Source: an uncultured Anaerolineaceae bacterium (lineage in GTDB: Bacteria > Chloroflexota > Anaerolineae > Aggregatilineales > Phototrophicaceae). Taken from it: a stretch of DNA of 64,000 nucleotides. The notes beneath the pieces are model-generated. The model was not told the DNA's origin. It worked only from the letters and a program-made list of their open reading frames with translations, and did not search any database. The DNA is taken from assembly GCA_964549915.1 (NCBI GenBank), contig CAZJWX010000004.1, positions 63,181-127,180 on the forward strand, in the 5' to 3' direction. How positions within the stretch are numbered: the first letter of the stretch is position 1; each line of letters opens with the position of its first letter. Below are positions 48,978-58,165 of this stretch, piece by piece. The translations under genes were made by a program, and so were the position numbers.

Positions 48978-49904
48978 CTACATACCACGAGTGAATGGTT
49001 TGGTGAGCGCGGTCGGTTTCTCCCGGCTACGCGAAGTGAGCACCAACGCCAGGATCGTGATGATCGGCGGTGCCATCACGGTGAACTCCGACGGAATATC
49101 GACGCCGATGACATTAATTTGCAATTGTAGCGCGTTGACGAAGCTAAACAGCAGCGCCCCCGCCATGACGCCGTAGGGACGCCACGCGCCGAAATAGACC
49201 AGCGCCACCGCAATGAAGCCCTGCCCCGCCGTGAGGTTCTGCTGGAAGACATTCAGCAGCGCGATGGAAAGCGATGCACCTGCCAGGCCAGAGAACATGC
49301 CGCCGATGATGACACAGGCGTAACGCACCCTCGCCACGCTGACCCCCATCGCATCCGCCGCTTCGGGAGTCTGCCCGACGGCACGCACCGAAAGGCCGAA
49401 GGTGGTCTTATTCAGCACATAGGCCGAAATCGGCACCGCCAGAAAGGCTGCGTAAACCAGAATGCTGTGATCGAAGAAAATCTGCCCGATCCCCAGAAAT
49501 TCGATGTCCGACAGGATGGGAAAGTGAATTCGTGGGAAGCCATCGACCGAGCGCGGCGTACCGACCAGTTCCTGGAAGAGCAGTTCGCTCAAGCCCAGGC
49601 CGAAGAGGTAGATGCCGATGCCACTGATGCCCTGTTCTGCCTTGAGCGTCACGCTGACGAAGGCCGTCGCCAGCCCCATCAAAGCGCCGATGATGAGGGC
49701 AACCAGCACCCCCAGCAGCAGACTCCCCGTTTGCAGCACGGCATAGAATGCGCTAAACGCCCCCAGCAGCATGATGCCGTCCACACCCAGGTTGAGCACG
49801 CCGCTGCGCTGCCCGTACATTTCACCCAGGGCGGCGAAAAGGTAGGGCGTCGCCAAACGGATGGTGGTGGCGAATACACTGGCAGTAAAAATACTCTCGA
49901 TCAT
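48978..49904 (-). CDS. ABC transporter permease (BMP system)
   Basis: 308 aa, polytopic, with a 4-nt overlap with the upstream permease gene. Confidence 0.85.
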   Translation of the reverse strand: MIESIFTASVFATTIRLATPYLFAALGEMYGQRSGVLNLGVDGIMLLGAFSAFYAVLQTGSLLLGVLVALIIGALMGLATAFVSVTLKAEQGISGIGIYLFGLGLSELLFQELVGTPRSVDGFPRIHFPILSDIEFLGIGQIFFDHSILVYAAFLAVPISAYVLNKTTFGLSVRAVGQTPEAADAMGVSVARVRYACVIIGGMFSGLAGASLSIALLNVFQQNLTAGQGFIAVALVYFGAWRPYGVMAGALLFSFVNALQLQINVIGVDIPSEFTVMAPPIITILALVLTSRSREKPTALTKPFTRGM

Positions 49905-51085
49905 GACGGTTGCTCCGCCTTCTCTTTGGGTATCTCGACTCCTTCGCCCGTCGTCACGCGTGCGAGTTCGGTCAGGTTGCGCCGCTGCATCCGCCGCTGG
50001 ATGAAAAACTGGCTGCTGACGACGAAGACGACGACGATCCCGTTGATTGTGGTGATGAGCGATGCATTGACGCCGACTTCACGCTGCATATTCTGTGCGC
50101 CGACCAGCAAGCCGCCGAAGAGCGCCGATGACGGAATCGCCCCCAGCGGGTTCAAACCGCCGAAGAGCGCCGCTACGATGCCATTGAATCCGGCACTGGC
50201 CGTGAAACCCGCTGGTGAGCCGTCAGTTTGCAGGCGATATTGCAGCCCCAGAACCTGCACGACACCGGCCAGCCCTGCCATGCCCCCGGCCAGGAACATC
50301 GCCAGCACCATCTCACGTTTGACGTTCATCCCCGCGTAACGCGCGGCACGCTGGTTCAACCCAACCGCGCGAATGCGGAAGCCGATGATCGTTCGGCGCA
50401 GCAAAATGTAGATGACGATGGCCAGGACGATCGCAATCAGCAGACCCCAGTGCAACCGCGTGCGATCGAAGAGACTGCCATCGAAAAAGGGAATGGTCAG
50501 GCGCGGCAGTTGGGCGATGTCTACAATACGCGCAGTTTTGGGGATGTTGTTGAAACCCGCCGCTTCGGGGTCAAGCATGGGGCCATTCAACAGGTAATTC
50601 ATCAACTGCACCGCCACCTGATTGAGCATGATGGTGCTGAGAATCTCGTTCACATCGAAATAGGCCTTGAGGAAACCCGCGATCCCGCCGTATAAGCCGC
50701 CTGCGATGAACGCGACGACCAGCGCCAGCGGAATCACGAGCCAGCCAATCGAGTCGCCGACGCTGATGGTGACGGCTGTCCCCGCCAGCGCCCCCAGGAT
50801 CATCTGCCCCTCGCCACCGATGTTGATGACACCACCCCGGAAGGCGATGGTAATGCCAATCGCGACGAACAGAATCGGCGTGGCTTTCACGAGCGTTTCG
50901 GCAGTGGAATTCTCAGTTCCGAATGCACCCTCAACAATCGCGGCGAAGGCCACCAGCGGGTTCGCCCCCAGCGAAAGCAGCAAGAGTGCCGAGACCAGCA
51001 GCGCCGCCAGAATCGCCAGGAAGGCAGGTACCAGGTCGGAAAGGCGGTTTAATGGAGTTCGGAGGGTAGTTCGCAATGCCTGCAT
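49901..51085 (-). CDS. ABC transporter permease (BMP system); first gene of the minus-strand cluster
   Basis: 394 aa, polytopic, with GGVINIGGEGQM, typical of branched-chain/ribose-type permeases. Confidence 0.85.
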   Translation of the reverse strand: MQALRTTLRTPLNRLSDLVPAFLAILAALLVSALLLLSLGANPLVAFAAIVEGAFGTENSTAETLVKATPILFVAIGITIAFRGGVINIGGEGQMILGALAGTAVTISVGDSIGWLVIPLALVVAFIAGGLYGGIAGFLKAYFDVNEILSTIMLNQVAVQLMNYLLNGPMLDPEAAGFNNIPKTARIVDIAQLPRLTIPFFDGSLFDRTRLHWGLLIAIVLAIVIYILLRRTIIGFRIRAVGLNQRAARYAGMNVKREMVLAMFLAGGMAGLAGVVQVLGLQYRLQTDGSPAGFTASAGFNGIVAALFGGLNPLGAIPSSALFGGLLVGAQNMQREVGVNASLITTINGIVVVFVVSSQFFIQRRMQRRNLTELARVTTGEGVEIPKEKAEQPS

Positions 51086-51483
51086 TCAGGGTTTTCCATA
51101 CCACATAGCCATTGGGTAAGCAGGTGTAGCCGATACCAGGAGCAGCCGCGGGAGTCGGTCAACTTGTGAAGCAGTACATGTCGGGAGACAGCAATGCAGG
51201 TCAGGTGCCGCGACGGAACTGCACAACTCGCACGCTAGGATAACAGGCCAGCGCGTTCGACGAATTGGACAACTCTACGAGATATTCCGCCCTATCTTCA
51301 TACACTTTTAATAAGCCTGTTTTCTGCGCGTTCAAGCCGCTTCCATATAGGCGAACGCTCCACTGTCAATCAGCGTGGATTTGAGATTACCCTGATTGTT
51401 AAGAGTTGACAAATCAATGTGCTGAATGTCATGCATGTGCACTACATTGCCGCGCCGGAGTCCGCCACATGTGCAGAAACAAC

Positions 51484-51500
51484 GGATTGATATACAATCC
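51484..51500. promoter_or_regulatory. Inverted repeat enclosing a TACAAT -10-like box upstream of the carbamate kinase operon
   Basis: GGATTG-ATATA-CAATCC, with TACAAT at 51493-51498. It is 56 nt upstream of the ATG at 51556. The 8-mer CATGTGCA repeats at 51434 and 51468. Confidence 0.3.
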
Positions 51501-51555
51501 TCGCACGGGCACAGGCGCGAGGGTCTTCCTCGACCACCACTAGATTGGATGCACC

Positions 51556-52509
51556 ATGCAAGCGAGAGGCAAACTGGCCGTCATTGCCATCGGCGGCAAT
51601 TCCATCATCAAAGACCCCAAGAATCCCGGTATCGCGCGGCAGTGGGATGCCGTGCGGCAGACAACCGACCACATCGCGCATGTCATCGCAGCGGGGTATC
51701 AGGTCGTCATCACGCATGGCAACGGCCCACAGGTCGGCTATATTCTGCGGCGCGGTGAAATCGCGGCGAAACACGGTATCCACGATGTCCCCCTGGATCT
51801 GGTCGTGGCGGATACCCAGGGCAGCATCGGCTACATGCTGCAACAAGCGCTGGACAATTCCATCCGGCGCATCGGGATCAGTCGCACGGTCGTGTCCATC
51901 GTGACGCAGGTGCGTGTCAGCCCGCACGATCCGGCCTTCCAGAACCCGACAAAGCCCGTTGGCGGCTTCATGAGCGAAGAAGAAGCTCAAAAATCCGAAG
52001 CCGATGGCTGGCACGTCATGGAAGACGCGGGACGTGGATGGCGGCGCGTGGTTCCCTCCCCCAGGCCAGAGACGATCCTGGAAATCAACCCGATTCATGA
52101 TCTGATGATGGCGGGCTATATCGTCGTCGCGTCCGGGGGCGGTGGGGTACCCGTGGTGCGCAATGAGCAGGGCAGCCTGCGCGGGGTCGCAGCCGTCATC
52201 GATAAAGACCTTGCCAGCAGCCTATTGGCGGAAAAACTACGCGCAGATGTCTTCTTGATCTCGACGGGTGTGCCGCAGGTCTACCTCCACTTCAACACGC
52301 CACAGCAGCGCGCGCTGGATTCGATCACGCTGCAAGAAGCCCAGCAGTACATTGACGAAGGTCACTTTGCGACGGGGAGCATGCTGCCGAAGATGCAGGC
52401 GGCGGTGCAGTTCATCCGCAATGGTGGCCCACGCGCGATTATCACCGATCCGGAACATTTGCTGAAGGCCATTCAAGGCGAGGCCGGAACGCACATTCTG
52501 CCGGGATGA
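51556..52509 (+). CDS. arcC: Carbamate kinase
   Basis: 317 aa. LAVIAIGGNSI, ITHGNGPQVG and ASGGGGVPV. Confidence 0.9.
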   Translation: MQARGKLAVIAIGGNSIIKDPKNPGIARQWDAVRQTTDHIAHVIAAGYQVVITHGNGPQVGYILRRGEIAAKHGIHDVPLDLVVADTQGSIGYMLQQALDNSIRRIGISRTVVSIVTQVRVSPHDPAFQNPTKPVGGFMSEEEAQKSEADGWHVMEDAGRGWRRVVPSPRPETILEINPIHDLMMAGYIVVASGGGGVPVVRNEQGSLRGVAAVIDKDLASSLLAEKLRADVFLISTGVPQVYLHFNTPQQRALDSITLQEAQQYIDEGHFATGSMLPKMQAAVQFIRNGGPRAIITDPEHLLKAIQGEAGTHILPG

Positions 52510-52537
52510 TCGCAGCAACACGTAAGGAAAGCAACAG

Positions 52538-53788
52538 ATGGTACCGATCAAGACTTTGCGCGATACCGTGACCGGGGCGGATTTCGCCCCGGATGGAATC
52601 GCCTATTTCAACCCGGATGTGGGACAGGTTGCCACGCTGGATGTGCTCTACGATTACGAAACGCTTCGTGCAACCGTTGACCGCGATAAGCTCAGTGCCT
52701 CACGGGAGACGACGCTCTGGCGCTACGGGGATTTGCTGCCGATTGCACCGGACACGCAGGTTCCGCCGCTGGCTGTCGGCTGGACGCCGCTGTATCCCGC
52801 GCCGCGCCTGCGCGAATCCCTGGGCTTGCGCCAGGCCTGGGTCAAGGATGATGGTGCCAACCCCACTGGCTCACTGAAAGACCGCGCCAGCACGATGGTC
52901 GTCGCTCGTGCGCTGGAAATGGGCGTAAAAGTCGTCAGCACTGCCAGCACGGGCAACGCTGCTGCGGCACTGGCTGGCGTGGGTGCATCGGTGAACTATG
53001 CCGACATGGACATCATCATCTTCGTTCCCGCCACAGCCCCGGAAGCCAAGATCGCGCAGCTCCTGGTCTATGGCGCGACGGTGCTGCTGGTCGAAGATAC
53101 CTATGATACCGCCTTCGACCTCTGTTATGAGATGTGCGTCGCCGAGAACTGGTACTGCCGCAACACCGGAATCAACCCCTTCACGACCGAGGGCAAGAAA
53201 ACTGCCGCCTATGAAATCGCCGAGCAGTTGAACTGGGAAGCTCCCGACGCCGTTGTGGTCAGCGTGGGTGATGGCAGCATCATCGGCGGCGTGTACAAAG
53301 GCTTCTGGGACCTGCACCAACTGGGCTGGATCAATCGCATGCCGCGGCTGATCGGCGTGCAGGCCAGCGGGAGTTCGCCCCTGGTGAAAGCCTGGGAAAA
53401 TGGCGTGGACGCAGTCGATATGCAGCGGGAGGAGGTACAGACGATTGCAGATAGCATCTCCGCCGGGTTGCCCCGCGACCGCGTGAAGGCGCTACGTGCC
53501 GTGCGCGAAACGGGCGGTGCCTTCGTCGCTGTACCGGATGAAGAGATCATCGCGGCGATTCCCCAGTTCGCCCGCCTCACTGGTGTCTTCGCTGAACCAA
53601 GCTGTGCGGTAACCTACCCTGGCGCAAAACGCGCTTTAGAAGCAGGCTATTTGAAGCCCGACGATCGCGTAGTCTTCCTGAGCACGGGCAATGGCCTGAA
53701 AGATGTACGCCGTGCGCAGGAATCCGTCTCGGGGGGACTGCGAGTCGCCCCCAGCATGGACGCCATTCGCGCAGCTTTGAACCTGTAG
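52538..53788 (+). CDS. Threonine synthase family (fold-type II) PLP-dependent enzyme
   Basis: 416 aa. DDGANPTGSLKDRAS (PLP Lys), STASTGNAAAALA and VSVGDGSIIGG. Confidence 0.8.
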   Translation: MVPIKTLRDTVTGADFAPDGIAYFNPDVGQVATLDVLYDYETLRATVDRDKLSASRETTLWRYGDLLPIAPDTQVPPLAVGWTPLYPAPRLRESLGLRQAWVKDDGANPTGSLKDRASTMVVARALEMGVKVVSTASTGNAAAALAGVGASVNYADMDIIIFVPATAPEAKIAQLLVYGATVLLVEDTYDTAFDLCYEMCVAENWYCRNTGINPFTTEGKKTAAYEIAEQLNWEAPDAVVVSVGDGSIIGGVYKGFWDLHQLGWINRMPRLIGVQASGSSPLVKAWENGVDAVDMQREEVQTIADSISAGLPRDRVKALRAVRETGGAFVAVPDEEIIAAIPQFARLTGVFAEPSCAVTYPGAKRALEAGYLKPDDRVVFLSTGNGLKDVRRAQESVSGGLRVAPSMDAIRAALNL

Positions 53789-53815
53789 AGAATCATCAAT
53801 CGTAGGAGCAAGACC

Positions 53816-55207
53816 GTGATTACTGGCCCGACATTTGAAGAGATGCTGCATCCAGAAAAGATTGCCCCGGAAATCCGGGCACGTGCGCTGGCTGCGCTGA
53901 AAGATGACCCACTCGATCCCATCAACCTGTTCAACATCACCTGGCGCGATGCCGACAACAACATTCATTACGTGGTGCTCCCCCCCGAACTGACAGGAGT
54001 CAAAGCCCCGATTGTGGTCATGTACGGCAGGGAGTTCCCTTCCGGCAGCCACAAGGTCGGCCCTGCCTACTCGATTCTGCTGGAAAAGGAACTCTTCGGC
54101 GAAGTCGATCCGGCAGTGCACCGCCTGGTATGGCCTTCCACCGGGAATTACGGCATCGGCGGTGCCTGGGTCGGCGGACGCATGGGCTGCAACAGCCTGG
54201 TCGTGCTGCCGGAGGAAATGAGCCAGGAGCGCTTTGATCGCATCGAGAGCTACGGCGCACAGGTCATCAAAACCATCGGCTCCGAAAGCAACGTCAAGGA
54301 AATCTACGACGAAACCTGGCGCTTGCGGCAAGACCCCAACACCCGCGTCCTGAATCAGTTCGAGGAAATGGGCAACTACCGCTTCCATTACCATGTCACG
54401 GGCAATACCGCTGTCGAACTCATGGCGGAATTGCAGGAAAAAGGCATCGGCAACGGTAAAACGGCGGCCTTCGTCTGGGCGATGGGCAGCGCGGGCACGA
54501 TTGCCGCCGGGGATCGCCTGAAGCAAGTCTTCCCGGATTGCAAGATCGTCGGCCTGGAACCCGTGCAGTGCCCCACAATGTTCAGCAACGGTTACGGCGC
54601 ACACGAGATTCAGGGCATCGGCGACAAGCACGTCACCTGGATCCACAACACCTTCAACATGGATGCACTGATGTGCATTGACGACATGGACTGCCTGAAG
54701 GGGTTGCAATTGCTCTCCGAACCCATCGGGCGCGAGACACTGGTCAGGCGCTATGGTGCAGATGAAGAACTGGTTGAAAAACTCGGTGATCTCTTCGGCA
54801 TCAGCAGCATTTGTCACATCCTCGGCTCAATCAAGACTGCCAAAGAATTTGACTTCGGCGAAGATGATGTAATCCTCACCGCCGCCGCCGACAGCCTGGA
54901 TCGTTACTATTCCGTGATGGATTGGATGCGAGCACAATATGGCGCACTGGACGAGGCCGCCGCTGTTGGGCGCATTGAAGGGGTGTTTTACGGCGCGAAG
55001 ACCGATTACGTCCAGCATGCGACCCCCAACAATCACCAGCGCTGGCACAATCTCAAGTACTACACCTGGGTGGAACAACAGGGCAAAACCATCGCCGAAC
55101 TGGACGCCCAACGCGACCCGGCATGGTGGGAAGCGCACCAGCAGCGCGTCGCTGAAATCGACGAACGCCTGCTGGAAGAGCGCAAAAAAGCCACACAAAA
55201 AGCCTGA
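53816..55207 (+). CDS. Fold-type II PLP-dependent enzyme (cysteine synthase / Trp synthase beta superfamily); subfamily not identified
   Basis: 463 aa with a GTG start behind AGGAG. FPSGSHKVGPAYS (candidate PLP Lys), STGNYGIGGAW and MGSAGTIAAG. Carries a long C-terminal extension. Confidence 0.7.
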   Translation: MITGPTFEEMLHPEKIAPEIRARALAALKDDPLDPINLFNITWRDADNNIHYVVLPPELTGVKAPIVVMYGREFPSGSHKVGPAYSILLEKELFGEVDPAVHRLVWPSTGNYGIGGAWVGGRMGCNSLVVLPEEMSQERFDRIESYGAQVIKTIGSESNVKEIYDETWRLRQDPNTRVLNQFEEMGNYRFHYHVTGNTAVELMAELQEKGIGNGKTAAFVWAMGSAGTIAAGDRLKQVFPDCKIVGLEPVQCPTMFSNGYGAHEIQGIGDKHVTWIHNTFNMDALMCIDDMDCLKGLQLLSEPIGRETLVRRYGADEELVEKLGDLFGISSICHILGSIKTAKEFDFGEDDVILTAAADSLDRYYSVMDWMRAQYGALDEAAAVGRIEGVFYGAKTDYVQHATPNNHQRWHNLKYYTWVEQQGKTIAELDAQRDPAWWEAHQQRVAEIDERLLEERKKATQKA

Positions 55208-55604
55208 ATGTAGTCAGGGAGGCAAACGACTGTGAACATGGCCTTCGAGGAAATTATCACGTTCCTGGCATCATCTACCAACTGTGGATTAGCTCATAGC
55301 GTACAAGCTGCCTGAACGCTTGCAGCAGCGGATAAGCGAATTGCTAAAGAAAAATCGTGCGGTTGCAGGCAAAAGCAAAACAAAATCAGGGTAGCCAATG
55401 ACACCCCGTATATCGGCTGCCCTCCGGCCAGAAGCCACTGGCGTGGAATTGGCATTCCACTTCTCACACAAAACAACAAGTATTGAGGCCCGGACACGCC
55501 AGAAGAACCACCTGGCTGAATAAGAACACCTTGTTCAACAAGTGATTGAACGGGCGAACAATTGCTGTGAGTAGTGCCTCAGGAGCGGATGTGAGCGGGC
55601 TGTA

Positions 55605-56372
55605 CTACTGTGCTGTCCAGCCTCCATCCACAAGCAATACCGATCCCGTGACCAGCTTCGCCGCTGAGGATGCGAGGTAAATCACCGCGCCAGCGACATC
55701 CATCGTATCGCCCACATGCCCGATGGGGAGCCGCGAGAGGACATCTTCGGCGAATTCCGGCGTATCCAGGCGCTCGGCAGTGCCGGGGGTACGGATGAAC
55801 GTCGGCGCAACGGCGTTGACGGTGATTCCGTGCTGTGCCCATTCCAGTGCCAGCACGCGCGTCAGTTGATCCACGCCGCCCTTAGTCGCGCAGTAAACCG
55901 CATGGCGCAAGATACCAACCTGCCCCGCCTGCGAACTCATGTTGATGATGCGTCCACCGCGCCCTTGCTCGATCATGCGCCGTCCTGCCGTCTGACACAT
56001 GAAGAACAAGCCCTTCAGGTTGACATCCATCATCTCGTCCCAATCCGCTTCCGTCACATCAACAGCATCGTGGTTGTAGCCCAGTCCAGCGTTGTTCACC
56101 AGGATGTCGATTTGCCCGAAGCGCTCCACCGTCCAGGCGATGGCATTGCCGATGCTGGTGAGGCTCTTCATGTCCAGCGCTACCGCCAGCGCCGTCCCGC
56201 CCTCTGCCTCAATTTCACCGACCAGTTGTTGCAGAGCATCCATATCGCGCGCGGCTGCAACCACCTTCGCGCCCGCGTTCGCCAACGCCTTCGCCAGATC
56301 ATAGCCAATACCCCGGCTCGCGCCCGTCACCAGCGCCACCTGCCCACTCAGATCAAAACTCGGATATTCCAT
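55605..56372 (-). CDS. SDR family oxidoreductase
   Basis: 255 aa. TGASRGIG, NNAG and YCATKGG (YxxxK). Confidence 0.9.
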   Translation of the reverse strand: MEYPSFDLSGQVALVTGASRGIGYDLAKALANAGAKVVAAARDMDALQQLVGEIEAEGGTALAVALDMKSLTSIGNAIAWTVERFGQIDILVNNAGLGYNHDAVDVTEADWDEMMDVNLKGLFFMCQTAGRRMIEQGRGGRIINMSSQAGQVGILRHAVYCATKGGVDQLTRVLALEWAQHGITVNAVAPTFIRTPGTAERLDTPEFAEDVLSRLPIGHVGDTMDVAGAVIYLASSAAKLVTGSVLLVDGGWTAQ

Positions 56373-56487
56373 GAGGTTTCCCTTCGCAAAAGAGTCAATC
56401 TTGCGGCCAGTATACCAACGTGTGCGGTTCGCGTTGACACCGGCTCGGTCTCATGCTACGCTCATTGCCAGGAAATTGTATAACTAA

Positions 56488-56775
56488 GCCAGAGGTGTGC
56501 CAGAACCCGGATGTTCGGCACACAATTGGGGAAGACCGGTGAAAGTCCGGCGCTGTCGCGCAACGGTAAGTGACAGTTTTCAGTCTATAGTGTTCGGTCA
56601 TCAGTCAAAAAAGCTGATCCCTGAACACTGACAACTGATAACTGAACAAGCCCGAATGCCTGCCTCTGCCTTAGCTCGTGATGACGGCAGTATTGCCGGA
56701 GACCTTCGCGTCAAAAGGGAGACGAGCGTGGTGATAACCTTCGTGTTGCAACCCCGCCCCCAGCGGGTTTTTTCT
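56488..56775 (+). promoter_or_regulatory. Cobalamin (B12) riboswitch with a terminator-like expression platform
   Basis: GGTGTGCC...GGCACACAATTGGGGAAGACCGGTGAAAGTCCGGCGCTGTCGCGCAACGGTAAG ... AAGCCCGAATGCCTGCC matches the conserved B12 aptamer core and B12-box region. A CCCGC-CCCCA-GCGGG hairpin plus TTTTTT lies at 56753-56773. Confidence 0.8.
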
Positions 56776-56908
56776 TCTATGTGCCCAACCGCTGCATGGC
56801 TCCAACTGCGACGGAGCGGCCCAGGCCGCGCACCGGTCGATGCTGTTCGTCAACCAGCCTTCGCTCGTAACAAACAGCATCCATGACCCAATTCCGCAGG
56901 AGGAAACC

Positions 56909-58111
56909 ATGAAAACCCGCACCTTGTTCGTCGCATTATGGCTCGTGCTGTTGGCGATCCTTCCCGCCGCCGCGCAAGACGGCGCGCTGGAGGCCAACCT
57001 GACCGACGAATGCGTCACCGACTATGACCCGGAAACCGACTACTTCCCGGAAAAAGTCGAAATCATAAACGCGCAGAACCTGAGCGTGGAGTACTTCAAC
57101 AATTACAAAGTCGTGACCGTCAGTGGCAGCACGGCGGACTATCGCTACGTACTGCTGCAATGTGGCACCCCAGTGCCAGAAGGCGATGCCTTACCGAATG
57201 ACGCACAGGTGGTACAAGTCCCAGCAGAAGGGATCGTGACGCTCTCGACGACTTACCTTCCAGGGCTGGCAGAACTCGGCCTGGCGGAGCAGCTCGTGGG
57301 CATGGATAGTTTCCTCTTCACCAGCACGCCGGAGATTCTAGAACGGATCGAAAGCGGTGAGTTGATTGAGGTTTCGCCCAATTTCGAGTTGAACCTGGAA
57401 CTGGTGCTGGAAGCCGATCCTGCCCTGGTGATGACCGATGACTTCGATCCCGGACGGATCACGCAGTTGATCGATGCGGGCGTGGTCGCAGCGGTGAACA
57501 CCGACTATCTGGAACAGACCCCACTGGGACGCGCTGAATGGCTGAAGTACGCGGCTCTCTTCTACAACGAAGAGGCCGAAGCGGAAGCGATCTTCGAGGA
57601 AATCACAGCAGCCTATGAGGAAGTCAGCGACCTCGCTGACGACATCCCCGAAGAAGACCGTCCGGTCGTGCTCTGGAACAGCTTTTCCACCTTCGTGGAA
57701 GCCTGGAGCATCCCCGGTTCACAGACGTATTCCGGCTTCTTGATCGAAGCTGCAGGCGGCAGAATCGCCCTGGGCGAAGAAGCGGGGGAAGCCAGCGCCC
57801 TGTTGAGCTTCGAGGCCGTTTATGAGGGCGCATTGGATGCGGACATCTGGGTACCCGGTCTCTTCAATATCAGCACGCTGGAGGACATCTTCGCGATGGA
57901 TGCACGCTACGCTGACTTCGAGGCTGTGCAAGAGGGCGAAGTCTGGAATTACGACCTGGATGTGAACGCCAACGGCGGCAACAACTACTTCGAACTGGGC
58001 GTGATTGCGCCGCATCTCGCTCTGCAAGACCTGGTGGCGATCTTCCACCCGGAGCTTTTGCCCGACCACGAATTCAACTTCTTCCGCCTTGTTGAAGCAG
58101 CAGAAGAATAG
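56909..58111 (+). CDS. BtuF/FhuD-type (cluster A-II) ABC substrate-binding protein
   Basis: ATG at 56909 behind AGGAGGAA, with signal peptide MKTRTLFVALWLVLLAILPAAAQ. Lies downstream of the B12 riboswitch. The track start at 56840 is unsupported. Confidence 0.85.
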   Translation: MKTRTLFVALWLVLLAILPAAAQDGALEANLTDECVTDYDPETDYFPEKVEIINAQNLSVEYFNNYKVVTVSGSTADYRYVLLQCGTPVPEGDALPNDAQVVQVPAEGIVTLSTTYLPGLAELGLAEQLVGMDSFLFTSTPEILERIESGELIEVSPNFELNLELVLEADPALVMTDDFDPGRITQLIDAGVVAAVNTDYLEQTPLGRAEWLKYAALFYNEEAEAEAIFEEITAAYEEVSDLADDIPEEDRPVVLWNSFSTFVEAWSIPGSQTYSGFLIEAAGGRIALGEEAGEASALLSFEAVYEGALDADIWVPGLFNISTLEDIFAMDARYADFEAVQEGEVWNYDLDVNANGGNNYFELGVIAPHLALQDLVAIFHPELLPDHEFNFFRLVEAAEE

Positions 58112-58165
58112 ATCACGGGAGCATAGAAATGTGGCAGCGAAAATCCCTGCTGCCACATCTTTCGA

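Noticed and set aside
51086-51555. Purine (guanine/adenine/xanthine-type) riboswitch in the leader of the BMP transporter genes.
   Set aside because: I found no match on either strand to the conserved purine aptamer loops (UAUAAU...GGAUAUGG...GUUUCUACC...CCGUAAA). An unknown RNA element cannot be excluded by eye.
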